Shown one piece after another: positions 1-8,472 of a stretch of 64,000 nucleotides of DNA. Where the stretch lies: the IMG/VR virus record IMGVR_UViG_3300033182_000922, positions 519 to 64,518 of that record; one strand, written 5' to 3'. The DNA comes from a virus (lineage: Duplodnaviria > Caudoviricetes). Made by a program: the position numbers and the translations under genes. The stretch's first letter is position 1; each line of letters starts with the position of its first letter. The notes under the pieces were generated by a model that was not told where the DNA came from, searched no databases, and saw only the letters and a list, made by a program, of their open reading frames with translations.

Positions 1-711
1 GGTTCAACTGGAGAGCAAGGTTATCAAGGTTATCAAGGTTCTACTGGTGTAGGTGGTAGAGCTGGATTCCAAGGTTCAACTGGAGATCAAGGATTCCAAG
101 GATCAACTGGTATAGATGGATTTAGAGGTTACCAAGGTTCTACTGGTACTGTTGGATCAGGTGGTGCTCAAGGTTTCCAAGGTTCTACTGGTGTAGGTGG
201 TAGAGCTGGTTTCCAAGGTTCTACTGGTGTAGGTGGTAGAGCTGGATTCCAAGGTTCTACTGGTACTGTTGGATCAGGTGGTGCTCAAGGTTATCAAGGT
301 GCTACTGGATTTAAAGGTGTTCAAGGTGATCCTGGTTATACTGGTGCAACTGGTGCTCAAGGTAAGCGAGGCTATTCGGGTTCTCAAGGATTAACAGGTT
401 TCCAAGGTGCTACTGGTGCAGGTGGTTCTCAAGGTTATACTGGTGCCACTGGTGCTCAAGGTTACCAAGGTAGACAAGGTTACCAAGGTTACCAAGGTTA
501 CCAAGGTAGACAAGGTGCTCAAGGTTACCAAGGTTATCAAGGTTACCAAGGTGCTGGGCATGCCCACTCATTTACCTATACAGGATCTATCGGTGGTAGA
601 AATGGATTCAATGGATTTGTACCAGATGATGCAGGACTACTGCCAGTAGGATGGGTACTCGTGGTAATTAGTGGAGCCACATATTGGGTACCTGCATGGA
701 ATGCACCATAA
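1..711 (+). CDS. Collagen-like (Gly-X-Y) fibre protein, 3' part (5' truncated by window edge)
   Basis: Frame +1 is open from base 1: GSTGEQGYQGYQGSTGVGGRAGFQ..., with Gly every third residue to about 555. A short aromatic C-terminal domain (...GWVLVVISGATYWVPAWNAP) follows, ending at TAA 709-711. Not in the ORF track. Confidence 0.85.
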   Translation, partial: GSTGEQGYQGYQGSTGVGGRAGFQGSTGDQGFQGSTGIDGFRGYQGSTGTVGSGGAQGFQGSTGVGGRAGFQGSTGVGGRAGFQGSTGTVGSGGAQGYQGATGFKGVQGDPGYTGATGAQGKRGYSGSQGLTGFQGATGAGGSQGYTGATGAQGYQGRQGYQGYQGYQGRQGAQGYQGYQGYQGAGHAHSFTYTGSIGGRNGFNGFVPDDAGLLPVGWVLVVISGATYWVPAWNAP

Positions 712-914
712 TGAAAACTATATATAGATTCATAAAGGCATTAGTAAAATACTTAATCTGGGGTGACCGGGTTTCTACTGAAGTTCAAAACTCCAGATTA
801 AGTATATGTAATTCGTGTAGTGATCTATGTGGAAAAAAATGTTGTGTGTGTGGGTGTTATGTTAACAAAAAAACGCAATGGTCAACAGAAGCTTGCCCAA
901 AAAACAAATGGTAA
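711..914 (+). CDS. Small Cys-rich putative metal-binding protein
   Basis: ATG overlaps the upstream stop (TAATG). Motif RLSICNSC..CCVCGC..K......CPKNKW is typical of small phage Cys-rich proteins. Confidence 0.6.
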   Translation: MKTIYRFIKALVKYLIWGDRVSTEVQNSRLSICNSCSDLCGKKCCVCGCYVNKKTQWSTEACPKNKW

Positions 915-916
915 AT

Positions 917-1051
917 ATGTGTGGATGTAATAAAAAAGTTCAAACCCCAAAGGAATCTCTTAATAAAAAGAGAAATATAATTAAGAGAATGTGGAATCAG
1001 GCAAAAAATGAAGAGAAACCTGTGGTGGTAAAAGAAATAAATAAATCATAA
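917..1051 (+). CDS. Small basic hypothetical protein (44 aa, MCGCNKK...)
   Basis: ATG 917 to TAA 1051 exactly fills the gap between neighbouring genes; below the ORF-track cutoff. Confidence 0.5.
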   Translation: MCGCNKKVQTPKESLNKKRNIIKRMWNQAKNEEKPVVVKEINKS

Positions 1052-1058
1052 TTTATAA

Positions 1059-1241
1059 ATGTTCATGGAAAAACCATCTTGTATAAGTCAACTTAAAGAC
1101 TTGGCTGAATCACTGTCAGATAGAGATATTAATCTGAAGGCGTGCATGCACGCTGTTAAGAAGGTGATATATAATGATGATCTAACAGATGAGCAAAAAG
1201 TACAAGAAATAAAAACTATTTGTAAGAAAAATGGCAAATGA
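1059..1241 (+). CDS. Hypothetical protein
   Basis: 60 aa ORF packed in tandem with its neighbours. Confidence 0.45.
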   Translation: MFMEKPSCISQLKDLAESLSDRDINLKACMHAVKKVIYNDDLTDEQKVQEIKTICKKNGK

Positions 1242-1560
1242 TCATCAAAACGGATGGAATGAATATTCTAAATTAGTCATTGCAGAATTGGAGAGACTTA
1301 ATGAAGGTATTATTAAACTTAATGAAGAGATTCAAGGTCTTAAGAGGGAAATAACTGAGCTTAAGGCTAAGGAAGATTTTTCTAAAGAAGTTTGGAGATG
1401 GAAAAAGGAAGTTGATGAAATTGCCTCCCCAACCCAGTTAAAAGAAACTATTAAAGATGTACAAGAACTGAAAACATTCAAAACACAAGCAATTACGGTT
1501 TGGCTCGTTGTACAAGTACTATTTGGAATGGCATTGGCTCTACTTAAATACTTTAATTAA
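1231..1560 (+). CDS. Coiled-coil protein with C-terminal TM helix (holin/XhlA-like architecture)
   Basis: Heptad-rich body plus hydrophobic C-terminus (AITVWLVVQVLFGMALALLKYF). A late-type GATATATAA lies at 1166-1174. Confidence 0.6.
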   Translation: MANDHQNGWNEYSKLVIAELERLNEGIIKLNEEIQGLKREITELKAKEDFSKEVWRWKKEVDEIASPTQLKETIKDVQELKTFKTQAITVWLVVQVLFGMALALLKYFN

Positions 1561-1578
1561 CCATATAATTTTTTATGT

Positions 1579-1611
1579 AAAAAGATCTGGATTTTCTTTC
1601 AGATCTTTTTT
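1579..1611 (+). terminator. Intrinsic terminator-like inverted repeat
   Basis: AAAAAGATCTG ... CAGATCTTTTT followed by further Ts. Confidence 0.55.
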
Positions 1612-1614
1612 AGT

Positions 1615-1627
1615 TTTGTTATATTTG
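1615..1627 (+). promoter_or_regulatory. Bacteroidota housekeeping-type -7 box (early promoter)
   Basis: TATATTTG at 1620-1627 matches TAnnTTTG. Related TTTGT(A)TTATATTT boxes occur at about 4554-4568 and 47552-47564. Confidence 0.5.
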
Positions 1628-1651
1628 AAATAAATAATCAAATAACATAAT

Positions 1652-1993
1652 ATGGAAGATTGGTTTAACACTAACCCTGATGATGGATTTGATCCAGAAG
1701 ATCATGGTATTGAAATGGATGAAATAGCGCAAATGTATGCAATGGCTGATATGAAAGATGATCATAGAAAATGGGCTAAGGAACAGGCCGAGAAATTTTA
1801 CCAAGACTTTGAGTCTTTGGATATTCCTGATGCGATCTCTGCCGTTGTGGTACTAATCAAAGCAAAGTCTGTTTCGTTGGAACAAACAAATTTAATGTTA
1901 GATAATATGATTCAAATTTTTCAGGACGATGAAGAATATGAAAGATGTCATGTATGTTTAGAAATTAAAAAAGGTGTCAATGCTAGAATTTGA
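1652..1993 (+). CDS. Acidic hypothetical protein with C-terminal UVR-like motif
   Basis: Ends DDEEYERCHVCLEIKK, resembling the UvrB/UvrC (UVR) EEYE motif. Confidence 0.6.
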   Translation: MEDWFNTNPDDGFDPEDHGIEMDEIAQMYAMADMKDDHRKWAKEQAEKFYQDFESLDIPDAISAVVVLIKAKSVSLEQTNLMLDNMIQIFQDDEEYERCHVCLEIKKGVNARI

Positions 1994-2270
1994 AGCAAAT
2001 AACTTAGAAGAACTTGAAGAAGAGGCAAAGCTAAAAGCCACTGAAATTTCATTGGCTATTGTCCAAGCAGTCTGTGATGGTCTTGATGAAGGTGCTGATG
2101 TAATTGCATTAGGTATCCTAAGTAGTCTTGATATGGATATCACAGTAAAAAGAAAAGACTACATGGAAGCTTTGGAACTTAACATTGGTAGAGTAGAGGA
2201 TGCTGAAGAATATGAATTATGTTCCCGTGCCATTAAGTGGATAGAACTACTTAAATCAGAGCAAGAATAA
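1980..2270 (+). CDS. Acidic hypothetical protein with C-terminal UVR-like motif
   Basis: Ends DAEEYELCSRAIKWIE. ATG 1980 is preferred over GTG 1974. Confidence 0.6.
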   Translation: MLEFEANNLEELEEEAKLKATEISLAIVQAVCDGLDEGADVIALGILSSLDMDITVKRKDYMEALELNIGRVEDAEEYELCSRAIKWIELLKSEQE

Positions 2271-2365
2271 AGGTGATCTACATACTTTCAGTTTCTTGCC
2301 TAATATTTTATTATTACTGTAAACAAACACTAATCAACTCCGTATAATAACTAAACTATTGGTTT

Positions 2366-3811
2366 ATGGATCTTATGACTGCACTTAAGGTAAAAGGTAC
2401 TACTACCGAAAACGGTATGAGTACAAATACTACATCACTTAATGCTAATGTTGACCTGTTCTTTAAGGCAGGTGCTATGCGTAATGCCGATGAATCCGAT
2501 ATCATTGCCCTTGTATCTAAAGCATGGGCTGAAGATCCTACTGTGTGTCTTAAGATCTTGTTTTGGGCTCGCGATGTCCGAGGTGGTGCAGGTGAACGTA
2601 GGTTCTTTAGAACAGCAATGGCTTATCTTGTAGATAAGGATCCTGCTGGGTTTGCTGATCTTATGGCACTCATTCCTGAATACGGAAGATGGGATGATCT
2701 AAAAGTTTTTGAAAATACTGATGCTGAAGAATACGCATTGGCTATGATTACTACTGCCTTAGAGCGCGGTGATGCACTCTGTGCAAAGTGGATGCCCCGT
2801 AAAGGTACCTTTGCTGCCAAGATCCGTAACTTCTTAAATCTTTCCCCTAAGCAATACCGTAAGCTTTTGGTAGGTCTCACTAATGTTGTAGAAACACAAA
2901 TGTGTGCAAAAGAATGGGAGAAGATTAACTTTGAACATGTGCCATCTTTGGCTATGTCTCGCTACGGAATGGCCTTTACTAAGAATGCACAAGATTCATT
3001 TAGTAAGTATGTACAGAGCCTTAAGAAAGGTGAAGCCAAAATTAACACCGGTGCAATCTATCCATATGATGTAACCAAGGCTTTATACAAAAACGATGCA
3101 GCCGAGGAACAATGGAAGGCTCTCCCAAATTTCCTAGAAGGTAATACTGAAAAGATTCTTCCTTTAGTTGATGTGAGTTGGTCTATGGGCACCGGATGCG
3201 GCGGTAATCTCACCTGTATGGATGTGGCAATTTCTTTAGGATTGTATATTAGCGAGAGAAATGAAGGCCCTTTTAGGGATCATTTTCTCACCTTCTCAAG
3301 TAACCCAGAACTGCAACACTTAACAGGAAGTCTTAAGGACCGCTTCCGTCAAATGCAACGTGCAGATTGGGGTATGAGTACAAATCTAGAAAAAGCATAT
3401 AAGCTTATCCTAGACCAGGCGGTTAAGCATAACATTTCACAAGAAGATATGCCTACGCAAATTCTTATTCTTTCTGATATGGAATTTGACCAGGCAACAA
3501 ATCAACGAGAAGAAGTATTTGGTTGGGGGGAACAGAGTAGAGATACCTGGAATCCTACTGCACAAGAGATGGTAGAAAAAATGTTTGCCGATGCAGGTTA
3601 TCAGGTACCAAACATTGTATACTGGAACATCCAATCCAGAAATGGAAATGTACCAGTTAGATTTGATGAGCGAGGAACCGCCCTTATTAGTGGATTCTCT
3701 CCATCTATTATGACCTCTTTGTTAGGCGGTGCTGAAATGAATCCACAATCTATTATGATGGAAACGATTGGTAAAGAAAGATACAATCAAATCAGTTATG
3801 AGAGTATTTGA
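2366..3811 (+). CDS. DUF2828-type TROVE/Ro60-like helical domain plus C-terminal vWA domain protein
   Basis: Helical-region motifs TENG, RDVRGGAGER, YGRWDDL and AKWMPR. vWA MIDAS-like DVSWSM, followed by WGMSTN, ILSDMEFD, IVYWN and SGFSP. Confidence 0.8.
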   Translation: MDLMTALKVKGTTTENGMSTNTTSLNANVDLFFKAGAMRNADESDIIALVSKAWAEDPTVCLKILFWARDVRGGAGERRFFRTAMAYLVDKDPAGFADLMALIPEYGRWDDLKVFENTDAEEYALAMITTALERGDALCAKWMPRKGTFAAKIRNFLNLSPKQYRKLLVGLTNVVETQMCAKEWEKINFEHVPSLAMSRYGMAFTKNAQDSFSKYVQSLKKGEAKINTGAIYPYDVTKALYKNDAAEEQWKALPNFLEGNTEKILPLVDVSWSMGTGCGGNLTCMDVAISLGLYISERNEGPFRDHFLTFSSNPELQHLTGSLKDRFRQMQRADWGMSTNLEKAYKLILDQAVKHNISQEDMPTQILILSDMEFDQATNQREEVFGWGEQSRDTWNPTAQEMVEKMFADAGYQVPNIVYWNIQSRNGNVPVRFDERGTALISGFSPSIMTSLLGGAEMNPQSIMMETIGKERYNQISYESI

Positions 3812-4280
3812 TCATCCTAAGTTTCAAGATACTAGAGAAGGGTATAAAATAGATAATACCAACGTAGACGCTTTAGTACCTAATGCTATAGATATAGGTG
3901 AAAGGTTTACTTCATCTATGGGTTCATGGATTATTGCACATGATGCTTCATTAGAACCTATTATAGGTAAAATTGTAGTTAAGAAAGTTGTGATAGGGAA
4001 TGGCGTATTTTTAGGACTAAATGCGATTGTTATGCCCGGTGTAACAATAGGAGATAATGTAATTATCGGTGCTGGTAGTATCGTAACTAAAGACATCTCA
4101 TCTAATTCTGTTGCTGTTGGTTCTCCTGCTAAAGTAATATGTACAGTTGAAGAATACATAGAAAAGAATTCTAAAAAGCACATTATGTTGGATGCATTAA
4201 AAGAGTTTACACTTAATGAATTTGCTAGGTTTAGAAATGATTGGGAAAATGAATATAGAAACCGAAACAATGTAACATAA
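3798..4280 (+). CDS. Hexapeptide-repeat (LbH) acyltransferase
   Basis: VVIGNGVFLGLNAIVMPGVTIGDNVIIGAGSIVTKD..VAVGSPAK. ATG 3798 overlaps the end of the upstream gene. Confidence 0.8.
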   Translation: MRVFDHPKFQDTREGYKIDNTNVDALVPNAIDIGERFTSSMGSWIIAHDASLEPIIGKIVVKKVVIGNGVFLGLNAIVMPGVTIGDNVIIGAGSIVTKDISSNSVAVGSPAKVICTVEEYIEKNSKKHIMLDALKEFTLNEFARFRNDWENEYRNRNNVT

Positions 4281-4293
4281 TTGCATATAAATA
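4265..4293 (+). promoter_or_regulatory. AAAC-N17-TATAAATA promoter driving the non-coding cassette
   Basis: Same bipartite motif as ten other sites in the window. No ORF follows before the terminator at 4427-4479. Confidence 0.6.
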
Positions 4294-4295
4294 AT

Positions 4296-4351
4296 AAAGG
4301 ATAAGTTCCGCAAACATTTTCTTTCAGCAAATTAGAAAAACCCTTATCCTG
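4296..4351 (+). ncRNA. Putative small structured RNA, unit 1 (Y-RNA-like)
   Basis: AGGATAAG (4298-4305) pairs perfectly with CTTATCCT (4343-4350). Single-stranded TTCCGCAAAC, then inner stem TTTTCT/AGAAAA. Confidence 0.55.
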
Positions 4352-4361
4352 TGAAATATAC

Positions 4362-4420
4362 AAAGGATGCTTACAGCAAACTTTTACTACTACAATAATC
4401 AATCAGTAAATAGCATCCTG
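4362..4420 (+). ncRNA. Putative small structured RNA, unit 2 (Y-RNA-like)
   Basis: AGGATGCT (4364-4371) pairs perfectly with AGCATCCT (4412-4419). Single-stranded TACAGCAAAC, then inner stem TTTACT/AGTAAA. Stem changes are compensatory relative to unit 1. Confidence 0.55.
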
Positions 4421-4426
4421 ACTTAT

Positions 4427-4479
4427 AGGTGGCCTCCACTGGATACGATAAGTATTTCAGAACCGAGGCCACCTTTTTT
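4427..4479 (+). terminator. Long hairpin intrinsic terminator
   Basis: AGGTGGCCTC (4427-4436) / GAGGCCACCT (4465-4474) followed by a T-run. The loop can form an extra imperfect stem. Confidence 0.7.
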
Positions 4480-4592
4480 ATGCTTGCAAATTGTTAATAA
4501 CTTTTTTCATTTTTAGAGAAAAAAGTTGGTGAAAAATTTTTTATTCCCAAAAATTTGTATTATATTTATAATATACAAAACTAAACGGAAAT

Positions 4593-5159
4593 ATGGATAC
4601 AACATTCTACAAACAAATCGGTCAATACAAAAACTCCGATGATCTCGTTCTGGGTAACCTCCGATTGGTGGTCCACCTCGCTAAGAAATACCAAGGTATG
4701 GGTCTGTCCCTCGAAGATTTGGTCCATGAAGGTACCATCGGTCTCTGTACTGCTCGCGACAAGTTCGATTCTTCAAAAGGTAAATTCTCTACCTATGCTG
4801 CCCAATGGATCAAGGCTACTATCCGCCAGGCACTTAACAACAAAAGTCGTACCATCCGCGTACCTGCTCACCGCACTCATCTTACTGAAGAGGCACCTAA
4901 GGTAAGCCAATTGGATACTGCCTACCAAGGTTCTTACATTCCTCAGGTGGATAAAAAATTCGAAGAGTCTCACCTTGATCATAAGATCAAAAATCTTCTC
5001 GGTAAGCTTAAACCTAAGCAACAGGAAATCATCAAAATGAAATTCGGTATCGGATATGACGAGGAAATGAAAACCTCTGAAATTGCCAAAGAACTTGGTC
5101 TGACTGTTCAGGCTGTCAATGGTAATATTCGTAATGCCCTTAAGCTGATGAAAGGATGA
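4593..5159 (+). CDS. Phage-encoded sigma70-family RNA polymerase sigma factor (regions 2 and 4)
   Basis: Region 2: NLRLVVHLAKKY, DLVHEGTIGL, KFDSSKGKFSTYAAQWI, RTIRVP. Region 4 HTH: EIAKELGLT. Confidence 0.9.
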   Translation: MDTTFYKQIGQYKNSDDLVLGNLRLVVHLAKKYQGMGLSLEDLVHEGTIGLCTARDKFDSSKGKFSTYAAQWIKATIRQALNNKSRTIRVPAHRTHLTEEAPKVSQLDTAYQGSYIPQVDKKFEESHLDHKIKNLLGKLKPKQQEIIKMKFGIGYDEEMKTSEIAKELGLTVQAVNGNIRNALKLMKG

Positions 5160-5665
5160 TACCAAAACTAAAACTTTATGCCGAGACGCTGAAGCCCTTA
5201 TTAGAATGGGCTTCGGCTAATCCGCAGGATAAAGATATTAAGTATACTATAACTAGGATCATCCGATTTTCATCTGCCAACCCTAAGGAACATGGTATTC
5301 CTTTCATGTATTCATTGGGTGCATTGGATGAGGTAAAGAAAAAAGGTCTTTCAGATCCAGAAGATAGACTGATGTGGACAAGATGGAAAGAGCAACTTCA
5401 TAAAAGAGGCCTCCAAGATATCGGTAGACAAAAAGGCATCTTCCACCAAGAACACATTGTTCCTGTTTCCCAGATAGCAAAAATGCTATATGATCTTAAA
5501 GACATTACGATTGAAAACATTTATCACATACTTGTAGATAATATGAAAATTGCATGGATACTGAAGACTGAACAAAAGACATTGGATTCTGTTTGCCGAA
5601 GCGGTGTTCGTACTCCTGAATTACTAACCTCCTTAGATATTCATATTAAAGGATTTAATTGTTAA
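5156..5665 (+). CDS. Hypothetical protein with EHIVP (HNH-like) motif
   Basis: HQEHIVPV motif; ATGA overlap with the sigma gene. Confidence 0.55.
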   Translation: MIPKLKLYAETLKPLLEWASANPQDKDIKYTITRIIRFSSANPKEHGIPFMYSLGALDEVKKKGLSDPEDRLMWTRWKEQLHKRGLQDIGRQKGIFHQEHIVPVSQIAKMLYDLKDITIENIYHILVDNMKIAWILKTEQKTLDSVCRSGVRTPELLTSLDIHIKGFNC

Positions 5666-5668
5666 GAT

Positions 5669-6505
5669 ATGCCAGAATTAGCAGAACTTAGATTGACTGC
5701 CGATTATATCAATAAGTCGGCAAATGGTTTGAAATTTATCAACATTGTAAAGAATCCTGTTCATAAAGGGCAAGATATTAAAGCACCCTTTAAGTTCTTT
5801 AAGATCTCAGCAGAGAGCAGAGGTAAAGAACTTATGCTTACTCTTGCTGATAACGATTCGGATCAAAAGAGGTACCTACTAATGACAATGGGTATGAGCG
5901 GTCATTTTGTTCATACAAATACAAGCAGAGAGAAAAAACACTCTCACTTAATGTTTATTGAAAAGGATGGCACCACCTTATCATTTGTTGATGTAAGAAG
6001 GTTTGGCAAATGGAAATGGGTTGATGGTTGGTCAGTTAACCGTGGACCAGATCCTACAACAGAATATGAAGAGTTTATTGACCATGTATTAGAAAACTTA
6101 GATAAGTCTGCGTTTAACCATCCTATTCATACTGTCTTAATGAATCAGTCTTACTTCAATGGTATTGGAAATTACTTGAGAGCGGAAATCTTATACCGCC
6201 TCCCTCATATTAATCCCTTTGAAGAAGCAAGAGAAGTCATAAAAAAGGAACCGGGTATTTTTTCTCTATGTAGAGATATTCCACTACAAGCATATGCATT
6301 GGGCGGCGGCCAACTTAAAGATTGGGAAAGCCCTTTTGATAGTGACCCAGAACCTTTCCGTAAGTTTATGAGATGCTATGGAAATCCTAGTATGTCCAGA
6401 AAGAAAGATAAGAACGGCAGAATGTTTTGGTATGACCCTAAATGGAATGAAGAAAATCTTTGGGATCATTATAGTGGTCTCCCAAATCCTACTGCATACA
6501 TGTAA
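5669..6505 (+). CDS. nei: Fpg/Nei family DNA glycosylase, NEIL1-like
   Basis: Catalytic N-terminal MPE, RGKEL, GMSG, FVDVRRFG and H2TH motif FNGIGNYLRAEILYR. No Cys4 zinc finger. Confidence 0.9.
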   Translation: MPELAELRLTADYINKSANGLKFINIVKNPVHKGQDIKAPFKFFKISAESRGKELMLTLADNDSDQKRYLLMTMGMSGHFVHTNTSREKKHSHLMFIEKDGTTLSFVDVRRFGKWKWVDGWSVNRGPDPTTEYEEFIDHVLENLDKSAFNHPIHTVLMNQSYFNGIGNYLRAEILYRLPHINPFEEAREVIKKEPGIFSLCRDIPLQAYALGGGQLKDWESPFDSDPEPFRKFMRCYGNPSMSRKKDKNGRMFWYDPKWNEENLWDHYSGLPNPTAYM

Positions 6506-6545
6506 ACTATTATGAGATGTAGCCATATAAAAAATAAATCAAAAT

Positions 6546-7040
6546 ATGGCTAACATAGATAATCAATGTAAAGATTTAGAAGTACGAGATTACTTTGCAG
6601 AGAACGGTTACGAGCATTCTAAAAATTCATTAGAGGATCTCTATTCACTACAAGCAGAAACTCAAAACATGTACTTTAAGAAACAAGGTCGTAAACCTTT
6701 TTCCGATTTTACTATCGGTGATGTTATTGATTTTCTTATGGTTACTAATCATGCAATTATTGATGAACTCCATGAAATGATGGATGCAGTAGGTGGCATT
6801 GAAGACGGTGTAGGTAATGCTGCATGGAAACCTTGGAAATCTGCTAATCCTGAAATTAGAAAACAAAAATTGTCAGATCTTACTCCAGGAGATCTTAAGG
6901 AACTCAAAATGGAATGGATTGATGTAATGCATTTTGTATTTAATGCAGGTTTGGCAATCGGTGTAACTCCATCCGAGTTTTATAATTACTATCTCTCAAA
7001 GAATGAAGAGAATTGGAATCGTCAAAAAAACAATTACTAA
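6546..7040 (+). CDS. All-alpha dCTPase/dUTPase (T4 gp56-like)
   Basis: DELHEM, WKPWK, ELKMEWIDVMHF and YLSKNEENWNRQKNNY match the dimeric dUTPase/gp56 pattern. Confidence 0.75.
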   Translation: MANIDNQCKDLEVRDYFAENGYEHSKNSLEDLYSLQAETQNMYFKKQGRKPFSDFTIGDVIDFLMVTNHAIIDELHEMMDAVGGIEDGVGNAAWKPWKSANPEIRKQKLSDLTPGDLKELKMEWIDVMHFVFNAGLAIGVTPSEFYNYYLSKNEENWNRQKNNY

Positions 7041-7062
7041 TCCTTACATATAAAAATAAAAT

Positions 7063-8472
7063 ATGCTTTTAGACATTACACAAGAAGACCGTACTTTATG
7101 GGTCTCATATTACAATATGAACGGTAAGACCGATTTTATGACCTATGAATTACAGCCTCACGATATGTTTAATTGGCAAGTATGTGATCCTAATGATGAA
7201 GGTGCTAGTAAGAAAATGAAAAACTGGGATGGCCGTTCTGTAAAGAAGGTTAAATCTAAGTTTCTTAATAAGTATCGTCTGATTGAATATGTAGAGAACT
7301 TGCCTTTCACGGACAAGAATACAATCTTTGGTTATGACTTTCCTAAAACATTTTTTGTTGATATTGAAGTTGAGGTAACCGATTCGTTTCCTGAACCAAG
7401 TAAAGCAGAAAACCCAGTAACAACAATATGTGTTGTAACCTCAGAGAGACAATGTATTGTTTTGGCAACAAAGGATTTAGATAAACCAACACAATCAAAA
7501 ATTCAAAAACAGATTGATGAACATTTTAAAGATATTGACGATGAGTTCTCGTTTATCTTTAAATGCTTTAAGTCTGAATATGATATGATGTACACCTTTA
7601 TGGATTCTTTCGTTAAGAAGTTTCCTATGATGACCGGTTGGAACTATGTAAAATTTGACTGGCAATACATTGTTAACCGCTGTAAAAAATTAGGCATTGA
7701 TCCAGGTATTGCTTCTCCGCTAGGAAGGACATTCGGTCGTGATGAATTCCCATGCCATGTAGGAGTAATGGATTATTTAGATATTTATGCCAAGTGGGAC
7801 AGGACCGTAGATATTAAAGAAGACTTTAAACTTGATACGGTAGGTGAAGCCGTAGTAGGCATTAAGAAGGTTAAGTATGAAGGTACTATTCAGGATATGT
7901 ATGAAAAGGATTATCCTAAGTATGTTTTCTATAATGCAATTGATACTGCATTGGTCTATCTCATTCACCAAAAGATTAAGACAATGGATATTGCATTAAC
8001 CATTGCTCACATGAGTCAAATCAGTATCTTTAAAGCCGCATCACCGGTTGCAATTACTGAAGCTCTTTTATGTAGAGAATTCTTAGGTAAGAATCTTGTG
8101 ATGGCATCAGATCCAAAATCACCGCCTTCTAAAAGAGAACAATTTGAAGGAGCCTTTGTAAAAGAACCAATCACAGGTATGCATAATGCTGTTGCCGCAT
8201 TTGACTTTGCTTCTCTATACCCATCAGTTATGAGGCAAATGAATATTTCTCCTGAAAGTTTTATTAAGAAGGTTGATCCTGATAAACGTGAAAACGAAAA
8301 AGGCAATGATAAAATTGTATCTGTCACGGGTGCAATTTATTCAACTGAAAGATCAATTCTTAAAGATGTTCTTACTCGTCTTTATTCCCAACGACGAGAG
8401 TATAAGAAAAAATCTTTTGATCTTCAACAAAAGGCATATGAGATGGAAAAGGAGTTAAAAAATGAGAACTAA
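7063..8472 (+). CDS. gp43A: Family B DNA polymerase, N-terminal subunit (3'-5' exonuclease, motif A, first fingers helix)
   Basis: ExoI DIEV, ExoII GWN..FDW.Y, ExoIII YNAID, and motif A DFASLYPS. The gene stops before motif B. Confidence 0.9.
   Translation: MLLDITQEDRTLWVSYYNMNGKTDFMTYELQPHDMFNWQVCDPNDEGASKKMKNWDGRSVKKVKSKFLNKYRLIEYVENLPFTDKNTIFGYDFPKTFFVDIEVEVTDSFPEPSKAENPVTTICVVTSERQCIVLATKDLDKPTQSKIQKQIDEHFKDIDDEFSFIFKCFKSEYDMMYTFMDSFVKKFPMMTGWNYVKFDWQYIVNRCKKLGIDPGIASPLGRTFGRDEFPCHVGVMDYLDIYAKWDRTVDIKEDFKLDTVGEAVVGIKKVKYEGTIQDMYEKDYPKYVFYNAIDTALVYLIHQKIKTMDIALTIAHMSQISIFKAASPVAITEALLCREFLGKNLVMASDPKSPPSKREQFEGAFVKEPITGMHNAVAAFDFASLYPSVMRQMNISPESFIKKVDPDKRENEKGNDKIVSVTGAIYSTERSILKDVLTRLYSQRREYKKKSFDLQQKAYEMEKELKNEN

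Noticed and set aside
407-649. 80-aa ORF with VTK/VLK repeats
   Set aside because: Alternative-frame shadow of the collagen-like gene in frame +1.
3824-4402. 192-aa minus-strand ORF covering the ncRNA cassette
   Set aside because: Mostly antisense to the acyltransferase, with no recognisable motifs; the promoter and terminator orientation supports plus-strand transcription.
4296-4420. Possible tRNAs or mini-CRISPR
   Set aside because: No cloverleaf, TTCG T-loop or CCA end. There are only two non-identical units, and no cas genes in the window.
8400-8472. Split intein or intron at the polymerase break
   Set aside because: No Cys/Ser-start intein N-block after the break, no His-Asn end before the C-half, and no group I intron features.
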